Shown in pieces: positions 1 through 8,737 of a stretch of DNA of 30,996 nucleotides; position 1 is the stretch's first letter, and every line of letters starts with the position of its first letter. Both the position numbers and the translations under genes were made by a program. The stretch is taken from positions 1 through 30,996 of the forward strand of contig WALU01000031.1 of assembly GCA_015522685.1 (NCBI GenBank), read 5' to 3'. The notes beneath the pieces are model-generated. The model was not told the DNA's origin and made no database searches. It worked only from the letters and a program-made list of their open reading frames with translations. The stretch is from Thermoproteota archaeon. Lineage in GTDB: Archaea > Korarchaeota > Korarchaeia > Korarchaeales > Korarchaeaceae.

Positions 1-60
1 CTTGAAGGTTCTTGAATGTCTAATTAATATTTTTAACTGTATAATAGCTTTTTGTCGATA

Positions 61-76
61 AACAAATATATTTGTT
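61..76. promoter_or_regulatory. Perfect 16-bp palindrome over the likely TATA region; candidate operator
   Basis: AACAAATA|TATTTGTT is its own reverse complement and ends 27 nt before the ATG at 104, within AT-rich DNA. Confidence 0.5.
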
Positions 77-103
77 AACGTAAGATCATCGCATAAGAGG
101 CCT

Positions 104-1333
104 ATGGAGCAGCCGATAAATTTCCGTTCTGAGGAGGAATGGAGATCCTACTTCGGGAGAGATCTAGCTGATCTTTATGCTAAAGTTGCTGGTTTTCTGG
201 AACTCAGGTCGGAAGTAGAGGAGCTTGTGGATGAAAAGAACTTAGCAGAACTAATCGAAACCTCTAAGATCTGGGAGAAGGTATTCTTTGGTGGCCTGAC
301 TAGAGATGAGAATAATCCACTTGGGCCAAAAGCTCTAGCTAGATTTTATAGGAATATTTTCGGCTTAGGAGTTGATGATAAGGCGCTAGCCACTGTGATC
401 TCCTTGCTCAATCAAGGGTTTTCCTTAGAAAAGAAGACGTTGAGGAGTATCATGCCTAAATTTTTACTAGGAGTCGAAATAGTTCTTGAAGAAATTGCGA
501 AAAAATTGAGGAGAGTCTTTAACATTGTAAGAGATGTTGTGCCTGTACCTGAGCCAAAGAAGTACGCTATTGATGATCGATTATTTGGAATGACGGCCCT
601 GATGGATGTGCTGAACTCTTCAAAGAGGATCTTTCCCCTCTATAATCCCCTTTCCTTCTTCATCATGTCGACGTACTCGATTCCTAGGTTTTATGCTCTC
701 AAAGAATATCCTGAGTTAGAGGAAAAGGAAGTGAAGGATCTGCTCGAGAAGTTCGGGATATCAATAGTGAATATAATATATCCTGGTTTTCCAGACGAGG
801 AGATGAACAGAGAATTAGGTGTTATAGGTCACTCTGAGTGGAGCACGGGAGCACAAGTTAGAGATGTCATAATTCACCTTTATGCGCTCTTCCAATGGCC
901 TGAACTCAGCAATTTCTTTACATTAGAGGAGGAGTCGGATGAATTTTACAAATACGCTCGTCTCTATACTAGCAGAGCAAGGAGGGCTCTGGATTTGGAT
1001 ACCTTCAGCAAGGTTCTAAGTGAGCTTCACGCTCTTTCTACTTCCTATGGAGGAGGCATTGGCAATATTTTTCTACATAAAAGTGTTTATGAAAGAAATG
1101 AGGGTCTTAAATGGCCTAGGGCGAAGGAACCTCTCATGTTCAGGTATGATAATGTAAATATAGAGAAAGGCACGGTTCTTTTCAGAGGAGGCTCTGCAAA
1201 AGCCAATTATTCAGACTTCGTATCTCTACTCTCTCCGCTTGCATTTAGTGGATTATCTTATATCAGGCCAGCTCAAGAGAAGCCTGAAACCTATGTTCTG
1301 TGTGTTCTGACAGGGTGGGAGAGTGAGCGGTGA
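104..1333 (+). CDS. Hypothetical protein (409 aa), coupled to the downstream nuclease-domain gene
   Basis: Long ORF with genome-like codon use; its 3' end overlaps the GTG start at 1323. No motif recognised. Confidence 0.85.
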   Translation: MEQPINFRSEEEWRSYFGRDLADLYAKVAGFLELRSEVEELVDEKNLAELIETSKIWEKVFFGGLTRDENNPLGPKALARFYRNIFGLGVDDKALATVISLLNQGFSLEKKTLRSIMPKFLLGVEIVLEEIAKKLRRVFNIVRDVVPVPEPKKYAIDDRLFGMTALMDVLNSSKRIFPLYNPLSFFIMSTYSIPRFYALKEYPELEEKEVKDLLEKFGISIVNIIYPGFPDEEMNRELGVIGHSEWSTGAQVRDVIIHLYALFQWPELSNFFTLEEESDEFYKYARLYTSRARRALDLDTFSKVLSELHALSTSYGGGIGNIFLHKSVYERNEGLKWPRAKEPLMFRYDNVNIEKGTVLFRGGSAKANYSDFVSLLSPLAFSGLSYIRPAQEKPETYVLCVLTGWESER

Positions 1334-3110
1334 AAGTAAAGAACGTGAAAAGCCTAGTACCATGGAGGAGCTACTTGAGCAGAAGGCTCATAAGTCGGAG
1401 GAAGAACCTGAAGAAAAATCTGATGTAGAAGAGCCAGAAATAGTTTCTAAAGTTGAAGAAAATAAAGGAGAGAGCAGCAAGAATATTACAATTGGAGGAA
1501 ATGAGGAAAAGGACGCTATCAAGCATGTAAAACCTATAGAGGTTACCTTGCTTAGCACTTCGCAGATCTTTCCTAAATTCGACGATAAACTTCCAATAAT
1601 CTCTTCATTGGGTCTCGAGACCCTAGTAAGGCCAGTTACTCCAAATTTAGAGGAATTTCACATCTTAAATATCAAAGAGGAACTTGATAAAAAGGTACCA
1701 GCATCCCTTCAAGATGTTAGTGCAAGAATGGGGCTTGAGATCCTAAAGCCTAAGCTTGACAATATTTCAACTGTGAGCATTGGGGAGTTCGATGATGAAA
1801 TACCCACACCTGTCTCTTCTGAAAACATACCTAAGGTAGTGCGTCCTAGGTTTAGAGAGACATCTTATCTCTCTATAAAGAAGATTGATGAGGATATTCC
1901 ACCAGAGATAGCAAGAGCCTTAAGATCAGGCGAGGAATCATCCACCATCTTAAGAGAATTGGAAGTTGGGAAAGTCTTCCAAGAAGTAGATTTTGATCTG
2001 ATAAGGGAACTTTTCAAAGGAGGTAATCCTAAGGAGTTCTCAGAGAGACCTAAAATTGTACTGGCAGTAAGACCTCCTGATAAACAGCTCGATTACATCG
2101 AATTACTAAAGAGAATTATGAGAGAGATATACAGGATTAGATCTGGAGGTCTACCGGCTCCTAGACATATCTCACATGATTTTTCCTCTGTAGGATTGAA
2201 GTTGGAGGCTGGTAGCCGGATATATGTGATAGATCTAAGGGAAGCTAAGCCAGAAGATCTTGAGGGTTCTCAGAATTCTGAAAATTTCTTATCCTGCCTA
2301 AGAGATCGTATAAGGGAGATATATTCGCAGAAATTTGGATTTCTTGTTATATATGGAAGTGCTAAGCTCATCAATGAAGTAAAGGAGCTTTGGGGAATCT
2401 CGGTGATGCTAGAAGAAGGTAGAGCTTATCCAAAGCTACCACTGTTTACTGAATTGAATTTGAATACTAGTGATGTAAGAAAATTACTGGTGGTGACTAA
2501 TCTCCTGTTTGGTAAAATGAGGAAGGAGGAACTTAAAGCGAATCTCGATGATCACGTTCTATCTCTGGAGGATCATTTTTATCGTACCTTGGAGGATCTA
2601 TTAGAGGATCCAAGAACTCCCTTCTTGGTAAACCCCAGCAAAAGTGAGGATGAAGAAGGCTTAGGAGGCGAATCCTTCATTCACTATGCTACAAAGGCTT
2701 TTGTGGTGAGATATCTTCTAGATGAGGAGAAAGTGAAGCCCGAGCACATTAAAACCGAATATGATATAGGAGGCGGTGTGGTTGATGTCTATGTCCTTGA
2801 TCCCGAGAAGGGCGATGTAGCGATAGAAGTAGAGACCCTCTATGGCACATTCCTTCCCTTGTTGAAGCTAAAGGATCGAGTAGAATCTAGGGTATCGAGA
2901 GGCCTCAAGACTTGGATAGTAGTACCGAACCCTCAGTTCGTCATACATTTCAAGGAAATCTCTTACCTCAGGAGAGTGTATAAGAAGCAATACGGCGATA
3001 AAATTGAGTTCTACACCTTGGACGTTGATAGGAAGAAGCTGATATCATTCGAAGAAGTACGGATGTATTTAGCAGAGAAGGGCATTCTGAAAATTACTGG
3101 CTCCTCATGA
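1323..3110 (+). CDS. Hypothetical protein: acidic N-terminus, 4 internal repeats, C-terminal PD-(D/E)xK-like nuclease domain
   Basis: 595-aa ORF. The C-terminal ESFIHYATK...IKTEYDIGGGVVDVYV...VAIEVETLYG...WIVVP segment matches the restriction-endonuclease-like pattern (E..D..ExE variant). Confidence 0.75.
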   Translation: MSGESKEREKPSTMEELLEQKAHKSEEEPEEKSDVEEPEIVSKVEENKGESSKNITIGGNEEKDAIKHVKPIEVTLLSTSQIFPKFDDKLPIISSLGLETLVRPVTPNLEEFHILNIKEELDKKVPASLQDVSARMGLEILKPKLDNISTVSIGEFDDEIPTPVSSENIPKVVRPRFRETSYLSIKKIDEDIPPEIARALRSGEESSTILRELEVGKVFQEVDFDLIRELFKGGNPKEFSERPKIVLAVRPPDKQLDYIELLKRIMREIYRIRSGGLPAPRHISHDFSSVGLKLEAGSRIYVIDLREAKPEDLEGSQNSENFLSCLRDRIREIYSQKFGFLVIYGSAKLINEVKELWGISVMLEEGRAYPKLPLFTELNLNTSDVRKLLVVTNLLFGKMRKEELKANLDDHVLSLEDHFYRTLEDLLEDPRTPFLVNPSKSEDEEGLGGESFIHYATKAFVVRYLLDEEKVKPEHIKTEYDIGGGVVDVYVLDPEKGDVAIEVETLYGTFLPLLKLKDRVESRVSRGLKTWIVVPNPQFVIHFKEISYLRRVYKKQYGDKIEFYTLDVDRKKLISFEEVRMYLAEKGILKITGSS

Positions 3111-3888
3111 TCTCTTTAAGCATCTTCTCTACCTTATCTTCCCCAATAAGATCACAAGCCTGCCAGAATTCCCTTATCAGTTCCTTCCTCTTCCTTACTT
3201 TTTCCTTATACTCTTTGTAAGCTTTCTCTTTTAACTCTCCTAAGAATACTTTGTCCTCCTCAACTCTCATCAGCCAGCTTTCTCTGAGGAAAGAACCGAC
3301 AGTAGAGTCAATCTCACTCACAGAATCTATTATGAAAGCGGTCAACATTCCCAAATCCATCTCACCACTCCTACCTGGATCGTATCCCAGTAACTTAAGC
3401 AACAGATTACCCCCAGTGAAGAAGCCACTCCCTATCATAGCGAAGCCTGGATTATCATGAACTGGTTCAGCCAGTCCCCTGCTATCGAACAGATACATGG
3501 AAGCTTTGCCCTCCTTATCTACGCTCCCCAGCACCATCGAGAAGTTCACATCTAGGCCCATCTCCCTGAGCGATCTGAACCTTTGGACTAGGTAGCTCTC
3601 AATCTGCTCAATAGCTTCCTCAAATTCCTCGAAAGTTGGAGTTCTTCCCTCCCATCTACTTTCAGCTAGCTCAATCAGGATCTTCTCAGATGACCTGTAA
3701 GCCTGCTTGATCAGAGAAGCGTCGCCCGCTCCCCCTGCTATTGCAAGAGGAGTTTCTGGGTCATAGAAAATTGGATATATCTTTTTCGCTTCGTATGAGA
3801 GGGGTCCGAATGATACTTTAGAATCGGAAGACATGACAATGGCTTCTTTGTTACCGAAATACCATTTAAGGGCTAGTACCAGAGTCAT
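3094..3888 (-). CDS. Stand-alone proteasome-beta-like Ntn hydrolase (Thr1, no propeptide)
   Basis: M-T-LVLAL start (ATG at 3888). SSD, KKI, AGDA and IGSG correspond to T1/D17/K33/G47/S129 of the proteasome beta/HslV fold. Confidence 0.75.
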   Translation of the reverse strand: MTLVLALKWYFGNKEAIVMSSDSKVSFGPLSYEAKKIYPIFYDPETPLAIAGGAGDASLIKQAYRSSEKILIELAESRWEGRTPTFEEFEEAIEQIESYLVQRFRSLREMGLDVNFSMVLGSVDKEGKASMYLFDSRGLAEPVHDNPGFAMIGSGFFTGGNLLLKLLGYDPGRSGEMDLGMLTAFIIDSVSEIDSTVGSFLRESWLMRVEEDKVFLGELKEKAYKEYKEKVRKRKELIREFWQACDLIGEDKVEKMLKEIMRSQ

Positions 3889-4042
3889 CAAGAAGCATCA
3901 AACTCTTATCTTAAAATTTATTAGGCTAAGATCATATGAACTAAACACCATATTCTCTGGAGAATTTGTGTGAAAGCAAAAAATCTTTCTCCACTAAGCT
4001 TACATTCAAAATTCAGATTTCTCAAGATGAAGGAAGTAAGGC

Positions 4043-4150
4043 TCATTTCCTCCTCTCTATTTCTTCCTGCTCTTCCATACTTACGTAAGGTATTAGAGTC
4101 ATAAAGGCTCGGAGAAGAGCTTTTCTTACTGCTTCTCTAAATTTCTCGGT
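4043..4150 (-). pseudogene. Probable relic of a small archaeal antitoxin C-terminus
   Basis: Minus strand reads FREAVRKALLRAFMTLIPYVSMEEQEEIERRK*, resembling the LIPYVSxEEQxEIE tail I recall from small archaeal antitoxins. No intact start. Confidence 0.3.
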
Positions 4151-4378
4151 GAATACAATGCAAATATGCTGTTAGGCCATTAGGTCTTTCCTTTCCCTAT
4201 CTATATCTATAAGCCTTTCCTCTCTTGCTTATTTTTACAACAATTGTAATTCTCATCTCAACACCTAAGCGAAAAATGCCAAAAGAATATCTGAGAAGAG
4301 GACTAGGACTGGAAAGTCTAGGGGAGCTGGTACTGAGATTAATTTGGTCAGTAAAATCACAAATGCATCTTAACTGAA

Positions 4379-4876
4379 TCAGCCTGAGAGTTCTGGGTAC
4401 ATTTCCATCGTAACTTCCGCAGCTTTGACTCCTAGCTCCGTTAGGTAGAGGAGACCATTCGATTCTGCTAAATAGCCAAGCTCTATAGCCCTCTCAACCA
4501 CGTGGTTCCTCTTTATCCTAATTACGCTATCTACCACCTTAGATCTGAGATCTTCGTTCTTGGAAGTTAGTAGCATTCCCTGAGTAAACACAGAGTATTT
4601 GAAAGGCAAGGGAGCCTCGTTGAGCACCTGCACATCCAAAGGTATACCAATGTCTACGTTCACTGGGAACTTAATTACATAGTAAAATGATCTGGAAGGG
4701 TCCCTTAACCAGATGGCGACGTCAATGTCCCTAAAGAACTTGCGATTTATGAAGCTGCCATGGACGTAAGCGAACAATATGTCTTCCTCTCCCTCTAAAA
4801 GAAGCCTGATCCTATCAAGTATCCTATATTTTTCCTCTAAAGGGATCTCATAGTATCTAAACTTCAGCTCAATCAT
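4379..4876 (-). CDS. Minimal nucleotidyltransferase (MNT antitoxin) with an unrelated wHTH-like C-terminal tail
   Basis: FAYVHGSF...RDIDVAIW...LDVQVLNEAPL pol-beta motifs; the ATG overlaps the natural stop of the HEPN gene (ATGA). Confidence 0.85.
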   Translation of the reverse strand: MIELKFRYYEIPLEEKYRILDRIRLLLEGEEDILFAYVHGSFINRKFFRDIDVAIWLRDPSRSFYYVIKFPVNVDIGIPLDVQVLNEAPLPFKYSVFTQGMLLTSKNEDLRSKVVDSVIRIKRNHVVERAIELGYLAESNGLLYLTELGVKAAEVTMEMYPELSG

Positions 4877-5295
4877 AATTTGGCCTCCACGTAACTCCTG
4901 ATATTAGATACAAATTCTCTAAAGTCGCTTAAGCCATATTTCACACTTTCATACACTTTTCTTGTCGGAGATGGTCCAGTACCTGTGAACAAGTAGATTT
5001 CTCAGCCTGCTGCTGCTGAGAGTTTGAGAGCTAACTCTTTTGATACAATTCCTTTACTTCCCAGTCTAGAGAAGCATTCTGGATACCCTTCCGGCTTCTC
5101 ATTAAATACATTTAAGAGAAGATGAACGCATATGCTTGAAGATGCCTCTACTAGTTGGATAAGTAAGTATCTCATAGAGAGCAGTTCATGGAGCGACATC
5201 TCCTCATAATTCTTAGAGAGTAGTTGCTCCATCATTTCAATGGAGTCGTTGATTTCCCTAATTCTAGCTTCTAATAGTTCACGGTTTATGGACAT
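4873..5295 (-). pseudogene. HEPN (DUF86/HepT-like) RNase toxin disrupted by two compensating frameshifts
   Basis: DUF86-like N-terminus up to TGA at 5002-5004. RNLLVHRYW lies in a shifted frame (RNLLVH at 4985-5002). The original frame resumes with VYESVKYGLSDFREFV and ends at TGA 4873-4875 (141 codons in total). Confidence 0.85.
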
Positions 5296-5507
5296 ATACT
5301 AACCACTCTCTATCTATTAGGAGATCCGTCTATTAAGGAATTCTATATAGTATGTTATGGTGAGGAGATCACCTGAGCATAATGCTCGCTCATGAGAGCT
5401 CTCCTTTATCCTTCTTTCCTTAATAACCTCTCTAATAGAGGTAGATTCATACGTCCAAGCAATTTCATTTAAGGTTCAAAGAAGATAAAGAAATAGAAAG
5501 GGTAAAA

Positions 5508-5558
5508 GAGGAGCTGAAACATGCCTAAGCGTATTAATGGGGAATTCATTCTTGATAT
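5508..5558 (+). repeat. Relic MNT/HEPN gene junction, diverged copy of 11860-11910
   Basis: 41/51 nt identical by manual ungapped alignment; encodes EELKHA*/MPKRINGEFILD versus EELEYV*/MSKRGDRGFILD. Confidence 0.75.
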
Positions 5559-6021
5559 ACTCTCGCGAAGGCAATACGACCTCGCGAGGTAAGTATGCTT
5601 GACTCTCATATCACATACCTAGATAAGAAGAGTTAGTTGGGATTATCCTACCTAGAAGAGCACTTCTCTAGAAGACCCTTCGCATTAAGGAAGAAATATA
5701 GCGTGGCATGTCACCTAATTACTTTACTTATTTAGGATCACCCGAACCTCCTTACTTGGATCCCATTCACCAGGGCTAAGAAGCGAGTAGCATAACCACA
5801 TATCCTGTGATCACGATGAGGGGGCCCGATCCAGCTCTTATAAAGCCATCTAGAGCAAGAATGGAGGAATTTCTTAAGGGATTGAGGATATGAGCATCAA
5901 TACAGATATTAGGAAGGAAGAGCCGCTTTCCTTCACGACCTGAAAGTGCTAGTGAATCGTGAAATGCTTATACCACCAGAGGCAAATTAAGCTTAAAAGG
6001 TGTCCTTTAACTACCCTATTG

Positions 6022-6474
6022 ATGAAGAGGAGAATCGTGATAAAGGGAGAGAAAGTACAGGACGTAGGGTATAGGCTGTTCCTCTTGGAGCTAACTGAAC
6101 AGCTGGGACTGAGGGGGTTTCAGGCTAAAAATATCGGGAACCACGTTGAATGCGTGATTGAAGGTGAAGAGGAGAAGGTAAGGTCCTTCTTAGAATTCAT
6201 AAGGTCTAATCACCCTGAGTTCGCCTCTGTGAGGGATATTATCGATGAGGAGTATCAGGGTAACGTGATGTCGGTTGAGGGATTCTACAGGTTGCTCAGC
6301 CTGCAGCAGCTTGTTAAGATAGTGAACGCCGGGTTGGGGATGCTTGAGAAGCAGGATGAGACTATCGAGGAGATTAAAGCACTGAGGTATGATCTGAAGG
6401 CGTGGATGGATGAAAGGTTCTCTAGGATTGAGAGGGAGATATCTGAGATAAAGACTAGGATAGGAATGAGCTGA
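6022..6474 (+). CDS. Acylphosphatase-like domain with C-terminal coiled coil
   Basis: MKRRIVIKGEKVQDVGYR...LGLRGFQAKN...VECVIEG matches the AcyP fold. The ATG at 6022 fits the domain start better than the GTG at 5959. Heptad-like tail follows. Confidence 0.8.
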   Translation: MKRRIVIKGEKVQDVGYRLFLLELTEQLGLRGFQAKNIGNHVECVIEGEEEKVRSFLEFIRSNHPEFASVRDIIDEEYQGNVMSVEGFYRLLSLQQLVKIVNAGLGMLEKQDETIEEIKALRYDLKAWMDERFSRIEREISEIKTRIGMS

Positions 6475-6830
6475 TAGCGAGAGAGCCGATCCGCCGGAAC
6501 AGTCTTATGTCGTTGAATCATGGAGTGAGTATTTAGATATCCAATTTCGTATATGTTCCTAATGAGCGATCTGCAGCGCCTCCAATGGCTTTCTCGCGCT
6601 CTGCTGGCTCACCTATCTCAGACGTGGATTGACTACTTGCATGTAAGAAAAAGATCTGCCTCTAGGCTCCTCTTTAGATACTCCGTATCTGGATCATACA
6701 GGGCCCAAGAGCGTTTCTATAGCTCAATACTGTCTACAGTAAAATATGATCGATTCTCAGCCCACTTTCTAATATCTTGAATTCTTCCTTTCATCAGTTT
6801 ATCGATTCTACCAAATTTCCTTTTCTAAGA

Positions 6831-7171
6831 TTACTGAGCAAGAGCGGGCCTAAGAGACCCGAAAACTAATCTAGGGTTATACCCTCCAGATCTTCTGGCT
6901 TGAAAACCAGAACTGGATAGACTCTCTCGACTGGAATGCCTTTTTCCTATTACCTCCATTACGGACTCGATATCAGGAGCCTCCCAGAGGCAGTAGGCCT
7001 TGTTGTACATGCGTCCGGTTTTTGGTCTGTCTGATATTATCTGTGCCCACACTTTCAAGAACTTCATCTTGCCTAGCGCCTTTGCCTGCTCCCTTCCATG
7101 GATGGTCATTTCCTACGCCTCTTTCCTCGTCACAGGTATGAGGAGGCATGAATAGATACGAACTTTCCCAT
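6831..7171 (-). pseudogene. Degraded DUF4242-like (dimeric alpha/beta-barrel) gene
   Basis: GGAGAG then ATG at 7171 gives MGKFVSIH; a frameshift and an in-frame TAG follow, then ...KVW...AYCLWEAPDIESVMEVI. The 3' boundary is uncertain. Confidence 0.45.
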
Positions 7172-7470
7172 ATTCTCTCCTCTCACCATTCAGTGGTTAG
7201 ATGCTGATGCTTGAACTCCATATGCTGGGAAAAGAACAGTGAAATTCGATGTTAGAGGAAGGCCTCTTTTTAATTATTCGGTAAATCAATTTAAGTCAAT
7301 TTAAAAGTTAGATTAATGATTTACGAATTGATGTTATGTACCAAAAATATAATAAATAAGAATTCATCGTAGATATGATTATTTTATACATTATATATAA
7401 AAGTAATGTTAAAATTGAGTAGCTCCTGCTCTAACACGATCCTTATTTATTAGAATGCAGAGCTTTGATA

Positions 7471-7603
7471 ATAAGGGAGAGACCTCGGAGATGAGAAGCG
7501 AAACCTTGAGAGGGCCTGAGAGAGATGTATTGCTCTCTTGCCTATCCATTCTCTCAGATTTAGTGGGAGGTTATGATAAGCTTAAGTCCATAAACTTCCC
7601 TCT
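7471..7603 (+). pseudogene. Truncated 5' end of a homologue of the DNA methyltransferase at 14876
   Basis: 7528-7561 is identical to 14919-14952 (34 nt). Both encode LLSCLSILSDLVGGYDKL...FPL, and both have GGGAGAGAC upstream of an ATG. Confidence 0.85.
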
Positions 7604-7728
7604 AATCGAGGAGTCTGGAGGGATCAACTTCGCGAGGAGGGCTAGGTTGATGGTACCAGCGGCGCTTATTTAGACTTTAAATCGTGGGGCTCCTATTATA
7701 TGGAGGCCTTCGAATATGACTGGTATCC

Positions 7729-7962
7729 ATGGCTATAAGTGGGTGGCTTGAGGTGGTTCCAGGTAGGAGAGGTGGCAGGCCCACAGTTAAGGGTACCCGC
7801 GTCACGGTTGATGATATACTCGACCTGCTCGCATCAGGCTGGACACCGGAGGAGGTGGCTGAGGATCTAGATATAGCTGTTGAGGCAGTCTATGAGGCGC
7901 TGATATTTGCCCGCGACGCCGTGAGGAGGGCCGCTATAATTGCTGAAGCTTCTAGCGGATGA
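7729..7962 (+). CDS. DUF433 family antitoxin
   Basis: GGRPTVKGTRVTVDDILDLLASGWTPEEVAEDL signature. Confidence 0.9.
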   Translation: MAISGWLEVVPGRRGGRPTVKGTRVTVDDILDLLASGWTPEEVAEDLDIAVEAVYEALIFARDAVRRAAIIAEASSG

Positions 7963-7990
7963 GAACATCCCAAAAAGGTTGGTGTTGTGA
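7940..7990 (+). pseudogene. DUF5615 PIN-like toxin truncated after 16 codons
   Basis: A TTG start overlapping DUF433 gives MLKLLADENIPKRLVL*; (K)LLADEN is the usual N-terminus of the DUF433 partner. Confidence 0.75.
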
Positions 7991-8130
7991 AAAGGAATGA
8001 AGTAAACCTAGAGAAATTCAACAAGATACCCATCTTGAAGAAGGATCTCATAAGGAGGCGATTTTCAGAGCTTCTATCTTCTAGTCCTATAATCTCTGAG
8101 TGGTATTATCAAATTTCCGGAGAGATCTAG
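7987..8130 (+). pseudogene. Internal fragment of a phenylacetate-CoA ligase (PaaK/CapK)-like gene
   Basis: Reads VNLEKFNKIPILKKDLIRRRFSELLS...WYYQISG, like the P-I-L-x-K-x-x-I-R segment that precedes the TSGSTG loop in that family. Confidence 0.5.
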
Positions 8131-8737
8131 GAAAGCTTAAAATCTAGATAGATCGCATGTTTGGGATGCCCAAGGATCCAAGGCCCGTTAACTCAATTAA
8201 AGGAGCGTTTTCCATTTAGAGGGATGTAGCCGGTGAGATTGAAGAAGCATGTAGATTCTTGGAAAGGATTAGGGAAGATATCTAGGCGAATCGAATCCGA
8301 CCACCTTATCGACGGCATCTCCTATCAATTCCTGGCATCGTCGTGCTTCAAGCTCATGGACCTAATCCTGAAGACTGTTCTCTCTAATCTCTCATTTAAC
8401 AAGCTGCATCCGTACTTTATCACCGCTCATAATCTCGTATCAGTTCCGGATATTCATATCCATCTGGCATCCCTCTTAACTTCTCGAAGTCCACCTCGCC
8501 TTTCCTGAAGTATAAGATCGTGAAAGCGCCTGTGAAGGACTATCCGGAGATGTAGCCTACCACGCATGATTCCTGGGTCTCGACGAAAATCTCATTCAGT
8601 CCAGTTTAGGATTATAAACATAAACATTTATTGATTGCTGACTTACAAAAAGTTGGTTCCTAGAGCTTTATCATAGCATGATACCAATGACATGAAGTTT
8701 TTGAATTAATTTGGATTGAACTAATAGAGGAGTTTTC

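Noticed and set aside
6285-6830. ORFs 6285-6521 (-) and 6553-6780 (+)
   Set aside because: The first is a shadow of the acylphosphatase gene; the second is short, atypical and motif-free.
7260-7450. AT-rich tract with a TCAATTTAA duplication as a possible replication origin
   Set aside because: No ORB-like G-string repeats and no adjacent orc1/cdc6; more likely promoter DNA.
8170-8600. ORF 8233-8508 (+) and a possible degraded minus-strand gene
   Set aside because: The plus ORF has antisense-like composition. The minus strand gives protein-like fragments across several frames with stops, but no family could be recognised.
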